Position numbers and translations under genes: made by a program. Source: Saprolegnia diclina VS20 (lineage: Eukaryota). From it: a DNA stretch of 64,000 nt. Below the pieces are notes generated by a model. The model ran no database searches. It was not told the DNA's origin and saw only the letters and a list, made by a program, of their open reading frames with translations. Shown one piece after another: positions 1 through 10,968 of the stretch. Numbering within the stretch: the first letter of the stretch is position 1; every line of letters starts with the position of its first letter. The stretch spans positions 146,853 to 210,852 of the forward strand of contig NW_008246092.1 in NCBI RefSeq assembly GCF_000281045.1, in the 5' to 3' direction.

Positions 1-153
1 GCCTTCGTCCATGCGCTTGGTAACGCCGCCAATCATCATCACGACAATGTCGCGACAACGTCACGACAATGTCATAACAATGTTACAGCAACGTCGTAAC
101 AACACGTCGCGACGACCGTCGCGACAATGTTACAAAAGTGTTACGACGACGTC
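1..153. repeat. Left arm of an inverted repeat, truncated by the window edge; MCM7-fragment start plus degenerate 11-bp tandem array
   Basis: 1-126 is the reverse complement of 1121-1246, and 127-153 of 1061-1087. The right arm has an extra 33 bp (three 11-bp units). Confidence 0.9.
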
Positions 154-320
154 ACGTGTGGTCCGAGGGCTCTGCTGCGGCACTTGTCGTTCACAGCGTG
201 GATGAGGCGTTGAGCTCGTGTCGCGAGCGTCTTCGTCGGAGCGTCTGGGAGCATCAAGGCGTGGACGTGTTGAGCTTGGGTGATCCCGATCGTGGCCATC
301 GTCCGTGCGTACCGAGTGTG

Positions 321-1040
321 TCATCTTGTAGTCTTTTCTACGTAACTACGTGTATCTACTGGAAGAAACTGGTTGGACCAAAGCGGTTGTGCGCCAACCG
401 GCGGCGACGGCGCCGGAAGCGTGCTCGGCCCCACGCGCATCGAGAACCAGTAGTTGAGTATGAACTTGAACCGGTCGGGTACTGCCTTCGACGTGAGCAG
501 GCGCCGTATCCGGGGGAGCGACGGATCAGCGAAGGCGAGGTCTGCAAAGTTGCCCCACGCGTTGGCGATGATGGCCATGCTTGGCGACGACCAGGCCGGG
601 TCTGGGAACGTCGTAAGCGCGGCTTGCAAGAGCCGGAGCGAGTGGCCGCGGTGTCGCGCGGACCACGTGAGGAACGCAGGCTTGAGGCCGAGGCCGGCTT
701 GATGTCCTGGTGCGAAGACAGTGCTTTGGTGGAGCATCCGGTGGCCTTGCGCACCCTTGCCGATGACTGGCCGTTCGCCGTTGATGAACTGGAGGACCAT
801 TTTGTCAATGAATTCGGCCGTCTTGCTGTCCGGCGCAACCCACGCGAGCTGGTACCAGAGTACCGGCAGGCAGACGGCTTGTAGGATGATGGCCTTGCCG
901 GCCTAGGTCGTCGACTTGTGTCGCCAAAGGAGCAGCCGGTCGCGAAGGCGACGCAGTGCGTAGTCGCAGCGTGCACTGCGCAGCAGGTTCGGAGCTACGA
1001 GGATGCCAAGCGCCTTGGTCGGCTGCGACGGCGGACGCGA
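321..1040 (-). mobile_element. Decayed non-LTR (L1/Tx1-like) retrotransposon ORF2 fragment (end of RT and post-RT region)
   Basis: Minus frame reads PTKALGILVAP...LLLWRHKSTT*AGKAIILQAVCLPVLWYQLAW...FIDKMVLQFING...HQAGLGLKP. This matches the L1 pattern (Y)LGI / W..+.ls..G+..li.sv...l.Y / i..F / GGLG, with an in-frame stop. Confidence 0.65.
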
Positions 1041-1207
1041 CTTTGTTGCAACGTTGTCGCGACGTCGTCGTAACACTTTTGTAACACTGTCGCGACGTTG
1101 TTACGACATTGTTACGACGCTGTCGCGACGGTTGTCGCGACGTGTTGTTACGACGTTGCTGTAACATTGTTATGACATTGTCGTGACGTTGTCGCGACAT
1201 TGTCGTG
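1040..1207. repeat. Degenerate ~11-bp minisatellite (GTTGTCGCGAC / GTTGTTACGAC variants), right arm of the inverted repeat
   Basis: Contiguous units such as gttgtcgcgac, gtcgtcgtaac, gttgttacgac, attgttacgac, attgttatgac, attgtcgtgac. Confidence 0.85.
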
Positions 1208-1525
1208 ATGATGATTGGCGGCGTTACCAAGCGCATGGACGAAGGCATGAAGGTCCGCGGCGACATATACGTACTCCTCATGGGTGACCCCGGTGTGGCC
1301 AGGAGGCAGCTCCTCCTGCACATTGCGACCGTGAGCCCGAGAGACATCTACACGACGGACAAGGGCAGTTGTGGCGTCGGTCTCACGGCCGCGGTCGTGC
1401 GCGACCAGATCACCAAGGAGACGACGCTCGAAGGCGGCGCGCTCGTGCTGGCCGACATGTGCATTTCCTGCATCGACGAGTTTGACGAGATGGAGGAGGG
1501 CGACCGTACGGCCATCCACGAGGTT
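1205..1525 (+). pseudogene. MCM7: MCM7-like AAA+ helicase fragment with degenerate motifs
   Basis: [31 protein letters not shown]...[19 protein letters not shown]...[19 protein letters not shown]...DRTAIHEV. Walker A KS is RR, TTGKG is TTDKG, DEFDKM is DEFDEM. No N- or C-terminal domains present. Confidence 0.85.
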
Positions 1526-1806
1526 GATACTCTCCTTTTCGAGTGCAAATACCAAGCGGAAATATATGTATGTCATGGAGCAGCAGCCCGTACGCATTGC
1601 CCAAACCGGTATTACGACGACGCTCAACGCGCGGACGACAGTGTAGCCTTCTCCAACACTGTGCCTGCCGCCGTCAAAGTCACGCCTCTCTGTAACGCCA
1701 TGTCACCAAAGTGACTACTAGTGCACGGCGGCAGGCATCGTCTTGCCAACGTCAAGTTGTGGTTTTGACTTTTGGGAACGCAAACCCAATGCGATAGTAT
1801 TGCATA

Positions 1807-2479
1807 GTATGGCGGGTCCACCACCCAAGTAGCGGTTCGAGCCACCCTGGTTGACTGTAGAAGTGTTGAGACCGATTCAACCGACCGCTTCAACCTGGTT
1901 GAAGGCCAGCACTGCGTTTTATCAACGAATACTTCTGAAGGACTCTGTTCTACACCGCCAAACGTGGCATGCCGATCTACAATTTTCGGTCGGAACCCGC
2001 ACTGACAACTTCACGGACCACCACACCGGGGCGCACAAATGAATCGCCAACCGTCGATTGAAAAATGCTACCCCAGATCACTCAACATTGGATGCATGCA
2101 GCAACTACAATCTTCACTCGTGGCGACTCACGCTTGGTGATTGAGCTCGTCCATCGCCCGAGCGGCGGCTCGAGCCACTCGAGCTGCCTGTGCGAGCCTC
2201 GAAACCAACCCAAAAGCGTCCATGCAACTTGGTAAAAACCATTTCGTGCGAAATACCGCCTCATCATTGATTGCTCGAGCACGGTTGTCAACAAGACTGC
2301 CGTTTCCAGCGCGGGGATCGATGATGGCGATGTTTCACCCACAGCAAGGGTTGAAACGCGCGTTTTGTGAAATGAAAGCGTTAAAACTGAAGCGTGTACC
2401 CATGGTTGAATTCGTCTCAACACTTCTACAGTCAACCAGGGTGGCTCGAACCGCTGCTCGGGTGGTGGACCCGCCATAC
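1807..2479. mobile_element. MITE-like non-autonomous element with ~75-bp terminal inverted repeats
   Basis: 1807-1882 (gtatggcgggtccaccacccaagtagcggttcgagccaccctggttgactgtagaagtgttgagac...) is the near-perfect reverse complement of 2404-2479. No convincing internal ORF and no clear TSD. Confidence 0.75.
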
Positions 2480-2704
2480 CACGAGGCACAGATGAAGACT
2501 TCGTCTTCTTCGTGTTGAATACGTCCTCCAGGTGATGCTATCTTCGAGCACAGCGATGCTCGTGGTCGTCTGGGAGAAATGCGCCGTCCGGATAAAAATG
2601 ATTGCGCCACGATCCAGCGTCTTTTTATCTACCGTATCCGGTCTTCGTATCCGGCTTGAGCGCTGAAATTCGAATTTCGAGGGCGCAAGAGTCCGAGCAA
2701 GGCG

Positions 2705-5288
2705 ATGGCGGTGGCCATCTTCCTCGCGACCAACGACGAGCGCAACAAGGACGTTGGCATTAGCAAAGCCAGCGATACCTGCGTGCGCTTGGAGCCGAGT
2801 CCTCTCTCACCTGGCGTCGCTAGTATCAACTTTGACGCGGTTGTCGACTTGGCCGAAGCTGCGACCGCGCGCCCACACCTGTACCAAACTGTGGTCCAGC
2901 CGCTCGTGCTCTCTACGCTGGCGGGCCGGCGTGCTACGATTGTCGGTGCGGGCTGTGCATCGTCCGGCAAGTCAACGCTACTGCACGGTCTTATGCATGG
3001 CCGTGGTGTCATCGAGCTCGCATTGGTCGACCTCTTTGACGATGTCCAGCGCCGCGTCCATGACAACCCGGACACTGTGTATTTGATTGAAATGAGCTGC
3101 TTACTACTCGACGAAAGCAGCAACGACGACGATGACAACAACGAGCTGCGAGAGAGCTACCTTGGCGTGCGGTCCGTCGACGACGCCATCAAACACTATC
3201 AACGCTCGATCGTGGCAACCAACGGTGATGGGAAGCGGCACGCCTCAGTGGCTATTCGCGTTGAGGCGCTGGAAGACTACAGCAATGACCACAACGCAGT
3301 GCGCACCGCGCTCGTGGGCTCCATTCGGTTTATCGATGTCGCTGGATCGGCCATGATTGCCGTCCCCCAGAGCGTCAAGCCAGGCAACGTCGAGTACTTT
3401 GGTGTGAGCCGCACGCTCTCCAAGCACTTTAGCGCGCACTTGCTCGCGCCGTACACCATGTGCCTCCTCTTGGGTCTGCGCACACCGCGGGTCCACCAGC
3501 AGCAGGTTTGTTCGTGTTCATATTTGAAAATGGGGCAACGGCTTGGTGCAGGCGATCCAGGCACTACTCTACGCATGTCGCATCAAGGACCTCCCTTCCG
3601 TGAGCACAACGCCGGCGTCCGCGTCCACTTTGATCAAGGTGCGACTGCACGCTGCGCGCCAGTCATGTGACGGATGCAATTGTAGCTGGCAGCCTGGATG
3701 GAGACGGACATTTGGCTACCAACAGAGCGCGATGCGATGAAGAAGTTGCTGCCCAAAGTATACCTGCCTCGTCGTATTGTTTTTTGTTGCTCAATATTTC
3801 GAGACTAGGTCGTGTGCGACACCAAGAGCGCATGGCACCTCAAGGCCCAGACCGTCCTTCCGTTTATATTTATCAAGTCGGCGTTGCCGTCCCCCATGTA
3901 CGACGTCACGTGTCTGCCTCTCTTTGCCAAGCGAATATCTCTGTAGTCTCTCGCGCGCGTCGACAAACGCAGGCGAGACGTCGAGCGAAGACGACGAGAA
4001 GCAGCCCATTCTCGACTCGTCCCGAAGCGTGCTCGAAGCCATCGACGCGCTCTTCGGCTCGGTGGGCCAGGACCACGGGCGGTCTGCCGCGTCCGCAACG
4101 CCCGTTTCCAAGCTGCGCATGATCCACTCGTGGTGGAAGGAGACGCACGACGGTCTCGTCGACGAAGAAGCCGTGACGCTCAAGTGCTCGAGCCGGCTCC
4201 AGAAGCTGCAGGCATGTATCCAGACGCAGCGCGCGCAAATCGACGTCGTTCTCGCCGAGAAGCGCAGTCTCCAAGAGGAGCTCAGCCAAAGCCAAGACAA
4301 GCTCCTCGCGGTCTCGAGTGTCGTGCAGCAGCTTCAAGATGACGTGGCCACGATGAAGCGCAAGATGGTGCGGCCGTGTACCGGTGAAGACGCGATCGCG
4401 GCGCAGTTTTCGGTGCGTTTGACCAAGGTCATTGACGACACCAAGCAAGTCGTGGCCATGAAGGACGCGCAGATCGCACAGCTCGAGGCCTCGTTGCGGG
4501 AGGCGTGCAGCAAGACGGACACTCCAACAGCAAACGACAGTTCAAACGAGGCAGCGGATGCGGATGAAAAGCGAGAGATGGCCCATGCGTGGGCAACCGA
4601 GCGCAGCCGGTTGGAAGCGGACGCGGTCGCCCTTCGCCAGCAGCTGCACGACGCAAGCACAAACACGGTTCCTATCGCCAAGATGCAGGCGATGCGCACA
4701 CGGCTGCAGACCGCGCAGTCCAAACTCGAGGCCGCTACGCAGACGCTAAGCACCAAGGAGCGCGAATGGTCGGTCAAAGAGCGTCAGTTTGAGAATGCGC
4801 AAAAGGACCTCCTCGCCCAGATCGACACGCTGACGACGGCCAACGCAGCCTTGACGACGCAGTTTGCGGCGCTCAACGCGACAAGAGATATGGAGCGTCA
4901 GACGCAGCAGGAATGCATCGACACAATCGAGAAGCTCACAAACATGTGCCAGCGGCTCGAGCGCCAAGTGGCCGACGACGGCGACGCACGCCAAGCGCAC
5001 GCACTCCAGCAACAGTACAAAGCCGCGGCGTTCCAAGCCGCCCTCGCACAAAGCCACTTGGAAGCTGAGGCGCGCGATGACGAGCTCGCGCACCTCCGAC
5101 GCAGGGAAGAGCATCTCATGGAGGCACTCGCGGTCTCGAACGAACATGAAAGTCGTGCCAAGCAGCAAGTGCGCGAACTGGAGGCGCAGGTCGACGAGAT
5201 CCACCAACTGCGGCGCGAGCATTTCCATTTGCACGCTGTGCTCGACACGCAAGAGCACAAGCTGCGCGTGCTGGAGCGCCAGCGTTAG
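2705..5288 (+). CDS. Divergent kinesin-like protein: N-terminal motor-like domain plus long coiled coil (multi-exon)
   Basis: FDAV, TIVGAGCASSGKST (P-loop), GVIELALVDLF and GSIRFIDVAGS (switch II-like) in ORF 2705-3670. Heptad-rich ORF 3777-5288. GT-AG introns near 3506 and 3640-3945. Confidence 0.7.
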
Positions 5289-5348
5289 AGGCGCCGTGGG
5301 TGTTGTGTACATTAGTAGTGTTAATCTATACCAACCACCGTAAACTTG

Positions 5349-6206
5349 CTACGCCGACGACGGGACGCACTCGGCCTTGTGCATGGCCTTCCACGCCTCT
5401 TTCTGGCACGTCTTGGAGCAGTAAAATGCGTTCAAGCAGCGCACGCAGCGCAGGAGCTTGGGCGGCGACTCGTGGCAGTTGTCACAGACCTTGCCTTTGG
5501 CGGCAGCGCGCCAAAACGCATCGTCGTTGACGTCGGCGTCGTCCGACATGTGAAACACGGTGTTCGACGTCGGCGCGTAGACGACCCACTTTTCAGTGTG
5601 CACCATCAAGTTGGACTGCGGCACCGAGAATGAGTCCATGACGGCGCCGAGCGTCTCTGTAAACGCCGTCGCCTTGTACTCGACCACGTGGTGCCGCACC
5701 GCGTGGTACCCGTGGGCCTCCATGTGCTCGCAGAGTTCTTGGCCGAGCCCAAACGCGCTCAGCCCACGCAAACGCTCTTCTTCGCCGGTGCACGGCGCCA
5801 AGCAAGCTGCGTCGCCCATTAAGATGAAATAGAGCACGTTGCTGGTGTCGGGCAGCGGCAGCGTCGCGGCCACATGGCCCATGGCATGCGGCCCGAGGTA
5901 GGCAAAGGCGGCGGTCGGCGCATCTGTCGCTTCGGACGAGAACGGCATTTCTACGTGCTTACAAGCATCTTCGAGGGCCGTTTGCAGCGTCGGGTACGGC
6001 GTCGAGACCGCGTCGAGCCAGCGCACGGATAGCTGCTCGGCGCACGAGGTGCCTGCGAGGTAGAGAAAGCGAAGGCAAGCGCCGGTGAGGCGGTCAACCT
6101 TGTTGCCAAACTCGCCCGAGCGCCACGCGTAGTCGTAGCGCATGCGCACGTCGGCGTCGAGTAGCTGCTGCCGCAGGACCGCGCGACGGTCGCCAGCTTC
6201 GGCCAT
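5349..6206 (-). CDS. MYND zinc-finger protein
   Basis: C-terminal CDNC...CVRC...YCSKTCQKEAWKAMHKAEC in a single 285-aa ORF. Confidence 0.85.
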   Translation of the reverse strand: MAEAGDRRAVLRQQLLDADVRMRYDYAWRSGEFGNKVDRLTGACLRFLYLAGTSCAEQLSVRWLDAVSTPYPTLQTALEDACKHVEMPFSSEATDAPTAAFAYLGPHAMGHVAATLPLPDTSNVLYFILMGDAACLAPCTGEEERLRGLSAFGLGQELCEHMEAHGYHAVRHHVVEYKATAFTETLGAVMDSFSVPQSNLMVHTEKWVVYAPTSNTVFHMSDDADVNDDAFWRAAAKGKVCDNCHESPPKLLRCVRCLNAFYCSKTCQKEAWKAMHKAECVPSSA

Positions 6207-6736
6207 GCGTTTGAAAATATAACCTCATGCGTGAGAAACGATACCCACTGGTGAAAAACGCTGATTGGTCATAAATACACCAATCGCGGAGACGATTGAT
6301 TTGAGACTGAAGATGCCCCCTCACAGAAGGGCCATTCTTGTACAGTATTAGCTGGATGGCCCGTCGTATTATCACAATACCGGTAATCGAGCAGCTCCAG
6401 CGTGGCATACTATCACGGTGACTGGGTCAAAATGTGACTGGACGCAACGAATCCGGGGTTATGTACTAGGTGGTGGCTTACGGATGTGCAGTCGTTCGAT
6501 TTCACCACATATCAGTAGACAACAAATTCGATTGCAGAGAGACCCGGTACCCACCGTCCATAAAAAGCCCCGAGGATTTGATTGCTCAGGGTGACAGCAC
6601 AATTGGGAGCAGCAGTCGAAACGCACTCCGATCTTGAATCGCATGTTGTGATTGGCTTCTGTTTTGGCCAATCCAAAGTCCTCCCAGCCCACACGGTGAA
6701 AAACACAATGCTAAAAATAGGATCTGAGTTGCCGCT

Positions 6737-8614
6737 ATGGCGTCATCCCAGCGCGTTCAGCGGCTTCGGCGGGCGATCGAGGACGAGCGCCAGCGCCAGA
6801 ATGAGTGCAGCGTCTATTTGGGCGCCAGCAAGAGGCGACTCAACTCATGCAAGCAGTCGCCAACGACGCGGTCGGTGATTCGCGTGGCCTCGACGACCTC
6901 AATTGTCAGTCGACGGGGTCGGGCCTGCGCCGGTGAGTCCTGGCAGTCGTCGTACCAGCTCGAGCGTGGCGACTGGGACGCACCCGTTCGCGTGGACATT
7001 GCGTGCGTTCGCTCGGGTGGCAAAGAGCAGACGCGGCAGCGCATTGCGGCGGCGCGGATTGCCACGTGGTGCTGGCGCCAACATGTGCGGGCCAAGCTCC
7101 AGGCGCAAGCCTTTGGCACGATCGAGACGCTACCGAGTCAACTAGCCCAGCACAAGCTCCAGAAGCAGTCTCCGCGCGACGTGTTGCGGCGCATCCAGGC
7201 GGAAATTACTGCCAAAGCCACGTTCCGGATCCAATCACGCGCTGCGCGCGTCCTGCAGCGCTTTTTTTTCAAAGCGCTTTTGCACCTCGGGAAGAAGAGC
7301 CATGTTCTCATCGCCGAGGCATCGCGCAAGCAGCGCCAACTGAACGCTATGAAACGGGACCGCGCTGCGCGGTACATCCAGGCCATGTATCGCAACCGTC
7401 GGGCGCGGCAGCAACACGTATGATCTCACCGCCTTGGCGGACAAATGCGATCGACTACGTGTAGAGTGCGTGGAAGCTGAGTCGGAGCAAGGCCAACTAC
7501 TGTCGCATCATGGTGCTCGAGGCCGAGTACAACACGCGGCCGTCGGCGGTCGAACTCTTGCAGCTCTCCAGAGCCTACGCCGAGTTGGCGTCACAGCCCG
7601 TGTACGCCGACGAGCAGCTCCTTCTAGTCCGCTGCAGTTTGCTCTTCGTCTCCAAAGCAATTGCGTACGATACGAATGCAAACATATGCAGCCTCATGCA
7701 ACACTGCGCTGTAGCTTTGGCCACGTGCCCGAGAACCCACGTGACTTTTGGCCGGCGCTCGCCGCTCGGCTCGTGGACCTCTGGCAGCGTGGTGGACATA
7801 TCGAGGTTCCGCTCTTGCAGCAAGCCGCCCACGCCTACGAGACTGGCCTCTCGTTAACACCGTCGGCTTCAGAGGTACCCCCTGTCCAGTAGGCACGACA
7901 AGACCCGCGTCTTTGTAGATGTGGCTCGCGTACATTGAAGTGCTTTTTGAGCTTGGACTCTACTGCCAAACGCTCAAAGCCTGTGATCAGTACGCCCGAA
8001 CGTTCGAGCACGCAGCGGTCGAGGGTCCCCGGCGACGCCACCACGCGCGCCCTACGGCCATTTGGCGCTTCCAAGTGCAGTCTTACTACCACGTTGGTGA
8101 CGTGGACGCGGCGCTTGGCCTCTTGGAGGACCAGCGACAAGAGTCCCCCCCGGTATACAGTCCCATGGAGCTTTTGCTGCTGCTGACGCGCTGCCACGAC
8201 GTGGCCAAACCCACGCAGCCCAACCCGTACTACGACGAGCTGCTCCAGTCGCTCTACTCGGCCGACGACATTACTCGACACGAGCTCACGCCCGCGATGC
8301 TCGTGGCGACGCCAGGACTCTTTATGGACCTCGCGCTCACGTGCGCGGCGCGGCGCGATTTTCCTTGGGCCGTCGACCTCCTCGAGTGCAGCTTGCGCGG
8401 TGTTGAGCGACCATCGCACGACCACCTGCACGCGCTTGCACAGAGCTACTTTGGGGTTGGCAACCTCAAGAAATGTGCGCATGTGCTCCTCCGCGTCCGC
8501 GGGTCGGCGACGACGGCGTGGTTTGCACAGGTACAGCGCCACGCGACGCTGTTTGAGGCCCAGCACCGCATCAGCGTGCTCCATCTGAGACGGGAGCTCC
8601 ACGTCGCCTTGTAG
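6737..8614 (+). CDS. Hypothetical protein with IQ-like motifs and TPR-like helical C-terminus (multi-exon)
   Basis: AARVLQRFF and AARYIQAMYR IQ-like motifs. Consecutive ORFs 6737-7423, 7510-7857 and 7919-8614 can be joined by GT-AG introns. Confidence 0.55.
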
Positions 8615-8633
8615 CGTATGTATTGCTGGCATA

Positions 8634-9384
8634 TTATTTCCGTAAAATGTTGAAGGCGGCCACGTACTGGATCGCCGTGTGCTTGAGAGAGTACTGCGGC
8701 GGCAGTCCGACCTTGTCAAACAAGCCGAGCAGATTGACGATCGGCTTCTTGATCGAGTCGGCCGGATTCGCCGTCGGCGTCGTCTCGGTGCCGGTCGCGA
8801 TCGTCAGGAGGAGCTCGTCGAGAAGCTTGTCCTGGCTCGCTTCGGCGAGCACCGAGCACGGTGTGTACTGGATCTCGACGACGAGCCCCGTCGGCGTGCT
8901 GCCGCGACACACAAACGTGCAAATGCCAATGGTAAAGTCGCCAAATGCGAATTGCATCCCCTACAAATGAATACCCTTAGGTCGCTCAAAGGACAGCGAA
9001 TACGTCTACCTCAAACTTGCCGTACGACTTGGGCACGTAGATCTCGACTTGCTGGAGGATGTTGGAGCCTTCAAGGCCACACTCGAGGAGGCAGCACTCG
9101 TCGAGGGGGCCGTCCAAGCCGTTCTCGCTCGAGTCGACCTTCATCGAGAGCTCCGTCTTCTCGTTGCCGAGGACGGCGTAGATGAGGTCGTCGTTCTGGG
9201 ACGTGCGCAGGAGGTACATGCGCTGGTTGGCATACCCGTCGACGAGCAGCTTGCGCGACAGCATCTGGGAGTGCACGACGTGGCGGTCGACCTTGCGTGC
9301 GCCCATCTCGTCCATCTTCTTGAGCAGGTTCTGGTACCGGACCGGGATGTTGCTGTCCGAGACGAGGTAGACCCTACATGCCAT
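8634..9384 (-). CDS. MED20: Mediator complex subunit 20 (two exons; intron 8961-9009)
   Basis: Spliced ...GKFE/GMQFAFGDFTIGI...GLVVEIQYTPC matches the Med20 G..y..gDF...Gi.vEvEY.pc pattern. The 49-nt GT-AG intron keeps the frame. Confidence 0.7.
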
Positions 9385-9898
9385 GAGCGCCAGGCCAGGC
9401 GTCGGCTGCCCACCGTGTCATGCCCGTCATCGTGCTCGCGCTCCTCGGACCTGCCGCGGCCTTAGCTTTATCCGGTTTGACCGGATACGGAAGGATTCCA
9501 GATGAGTTTTCGCGGTAAATTTCCCAGCATCTTCCCAGCAAGGAATTCAAGCAGCATCCCAGCAAGCTCTCCCAGCACGCCTAAGATCTGATCGAGGGAG
9601 CGTGTGAGGCTCGTCGAGGACAAAGCGTCAAAACGCTGCGCATCTGCATGTGGTTTTGGCGACAGCTCGCTGGCAGAGCTCTCGTCCGTCCTTGCACAGC
9701 TGGGTTTTAGACCGTTTGGCTCTTTGCTCATTAACTGGGTATGCAAAGCGCATCATGGAAACACAAAACTACACCTACAATTGTAGGACTATCTTACAGT
9801 GACTTGTGGACTTGAGCCCGTGAACCCAGCCTCTTGCCAAGCGCGTGGTCCATGCCTATATTGATGGACTGATGGGGACGATCGTGGTTGCGCACATC

Positions 9899-10558
9899 TC
9901 AAAGATCGACGACTGTTTCAGTGCAATTGGTGTTGACAGTCTCGGTTGCGGCTGCAGCCGGCAGCTTTCGCTTTCGACCGCGCTTCTTCGGGCCGGGTGG
10001 CAAGCCGAGAAACCCAGGATCGAGCTTGGTGAGGCATTCGACCGACCGCACATACATGTCTCTTGCCGCTTGAATCTGCGCTTCCTGCATCTTGGCGACG
10101 GCCCGCGACAGCTTCTTCTCGCTGGCATGGGCGACCACGTCCGTGGCGTGGAGAAGGGACTGGAGGGACCGGACGGCGATAGTTGGGTCGGCATCGATGG
10201 CCTCCTGAAGCGTGGGCAGCGCCTCTAGCTGACGTTGCGTGGGCGTTGGCACAGACGTGCAGCTGTCGAGGTGCATGCTCGTGAACGTCGAGACGTACCA
10301 AACGTTAGGCGCCGGCTTCCGCTGGTAGAGCTGTACGCGAAACGAGCAGCCGTCGCTAGTGCACAACACGAGCTTGTGACCACCGCCGCTGCGCGCGACC
10401 TTGACGCTCTTCTTCTGCGCGAGCGCATAGTCCTGTACGTACTGCAGGGCCGCGCGGCCGTCCGGGAACTCGAGGTCTTTGCGCAGCGGCTCCATGCTGC
10501 CTGGCACCGTATCCGGTACATGTCCGCATAATCCTGTGTATGTCAAGGACGCCATCAT
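9899..10558 (-). CDS. MuDR/FAR1-like (WRKY-GCM1 fold) DNA-binding-domain protein with basic NLS/AT-hook-like tail; true start may be the Met at 10495
   Basis: LEFPDGRAALQYVQDYALAQKK...LCTSDGCSFRV...WYVSTFTSMH..SC, followed by PKKRGRKRK. No DDE catalytic domain follows. Confidence 0.65.
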   Translation of the reverse strand: MMASLTYTGLCGHVPDTVPGSMEPLRKDLEFPDGRAALQYVQDYALAQKKSVKVARSGGGHKLVLCTSDGCSFRVQLYQRKPAPNVWYVSTFTSMHLDSCTSVPTPTQRQLEALPTLQEAIDADPTIAVRSLQSLLHATDVVAHASEKKLSRAVAKMQEAQIQAARDMYVRSVECLTKLDPGFLGLPPGPKKRGRKRKLPAAAATETVNTNCTETVVDL

Positions 10559-10968
10559 CGACTTTAGGAGGTCTCCAAATTTCCCGTAAATTGCGCCTAA
10601 ATACCCGAAATGTCCTGGTCTGTTTTCGATTGTACTTGTACAATTTATAGAATCGATCAAGCACCGATCCCTCGTTGTCGGTTTTACCGTTTTTCGAGTC
10701 GATGTGTTTGAATAGTGCACCTGTTGCATGCGACGCAGGTGCGTTTGGTTTTACTTGACGTTTGTATGGAACGGGAACGAGAGGCTGGTCCGTGTTCTCG
10801 ACAGAGTGATTGTGGGTGCACGCCTTGCGTCCAATCCAAATGCCTTCACCACATTCAAGCCAATCACATGCGTCAGAATGGGATCATTTTAGCCAATCCT
10901 AGTACGTGCTAGAAGATCGCGACGGGCTCATCCTGCGACTTCGCCAGAACCCAATTGGCAGCGGAAGA

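Noticed and set aside
40..153. 11-bp repeat arrays (also 1040-1207) as a CRISPR array
   Set aside because: Units are contiguous and degenerate with no unique spacers, there are no cas genes, and the context is eukaryotic.
1205..1714. Functional MCM7 gene
   Set aside because: Only ~105 aa of the AAA+ core, with the Walker A Lys lost, embedded in repeats.
9523..9580. CCCAGCA repeated four times upstream of MED20
   Set aside because: Short, irregularly spaced and not seen clustered elsewhere; cannot be separated from chance.
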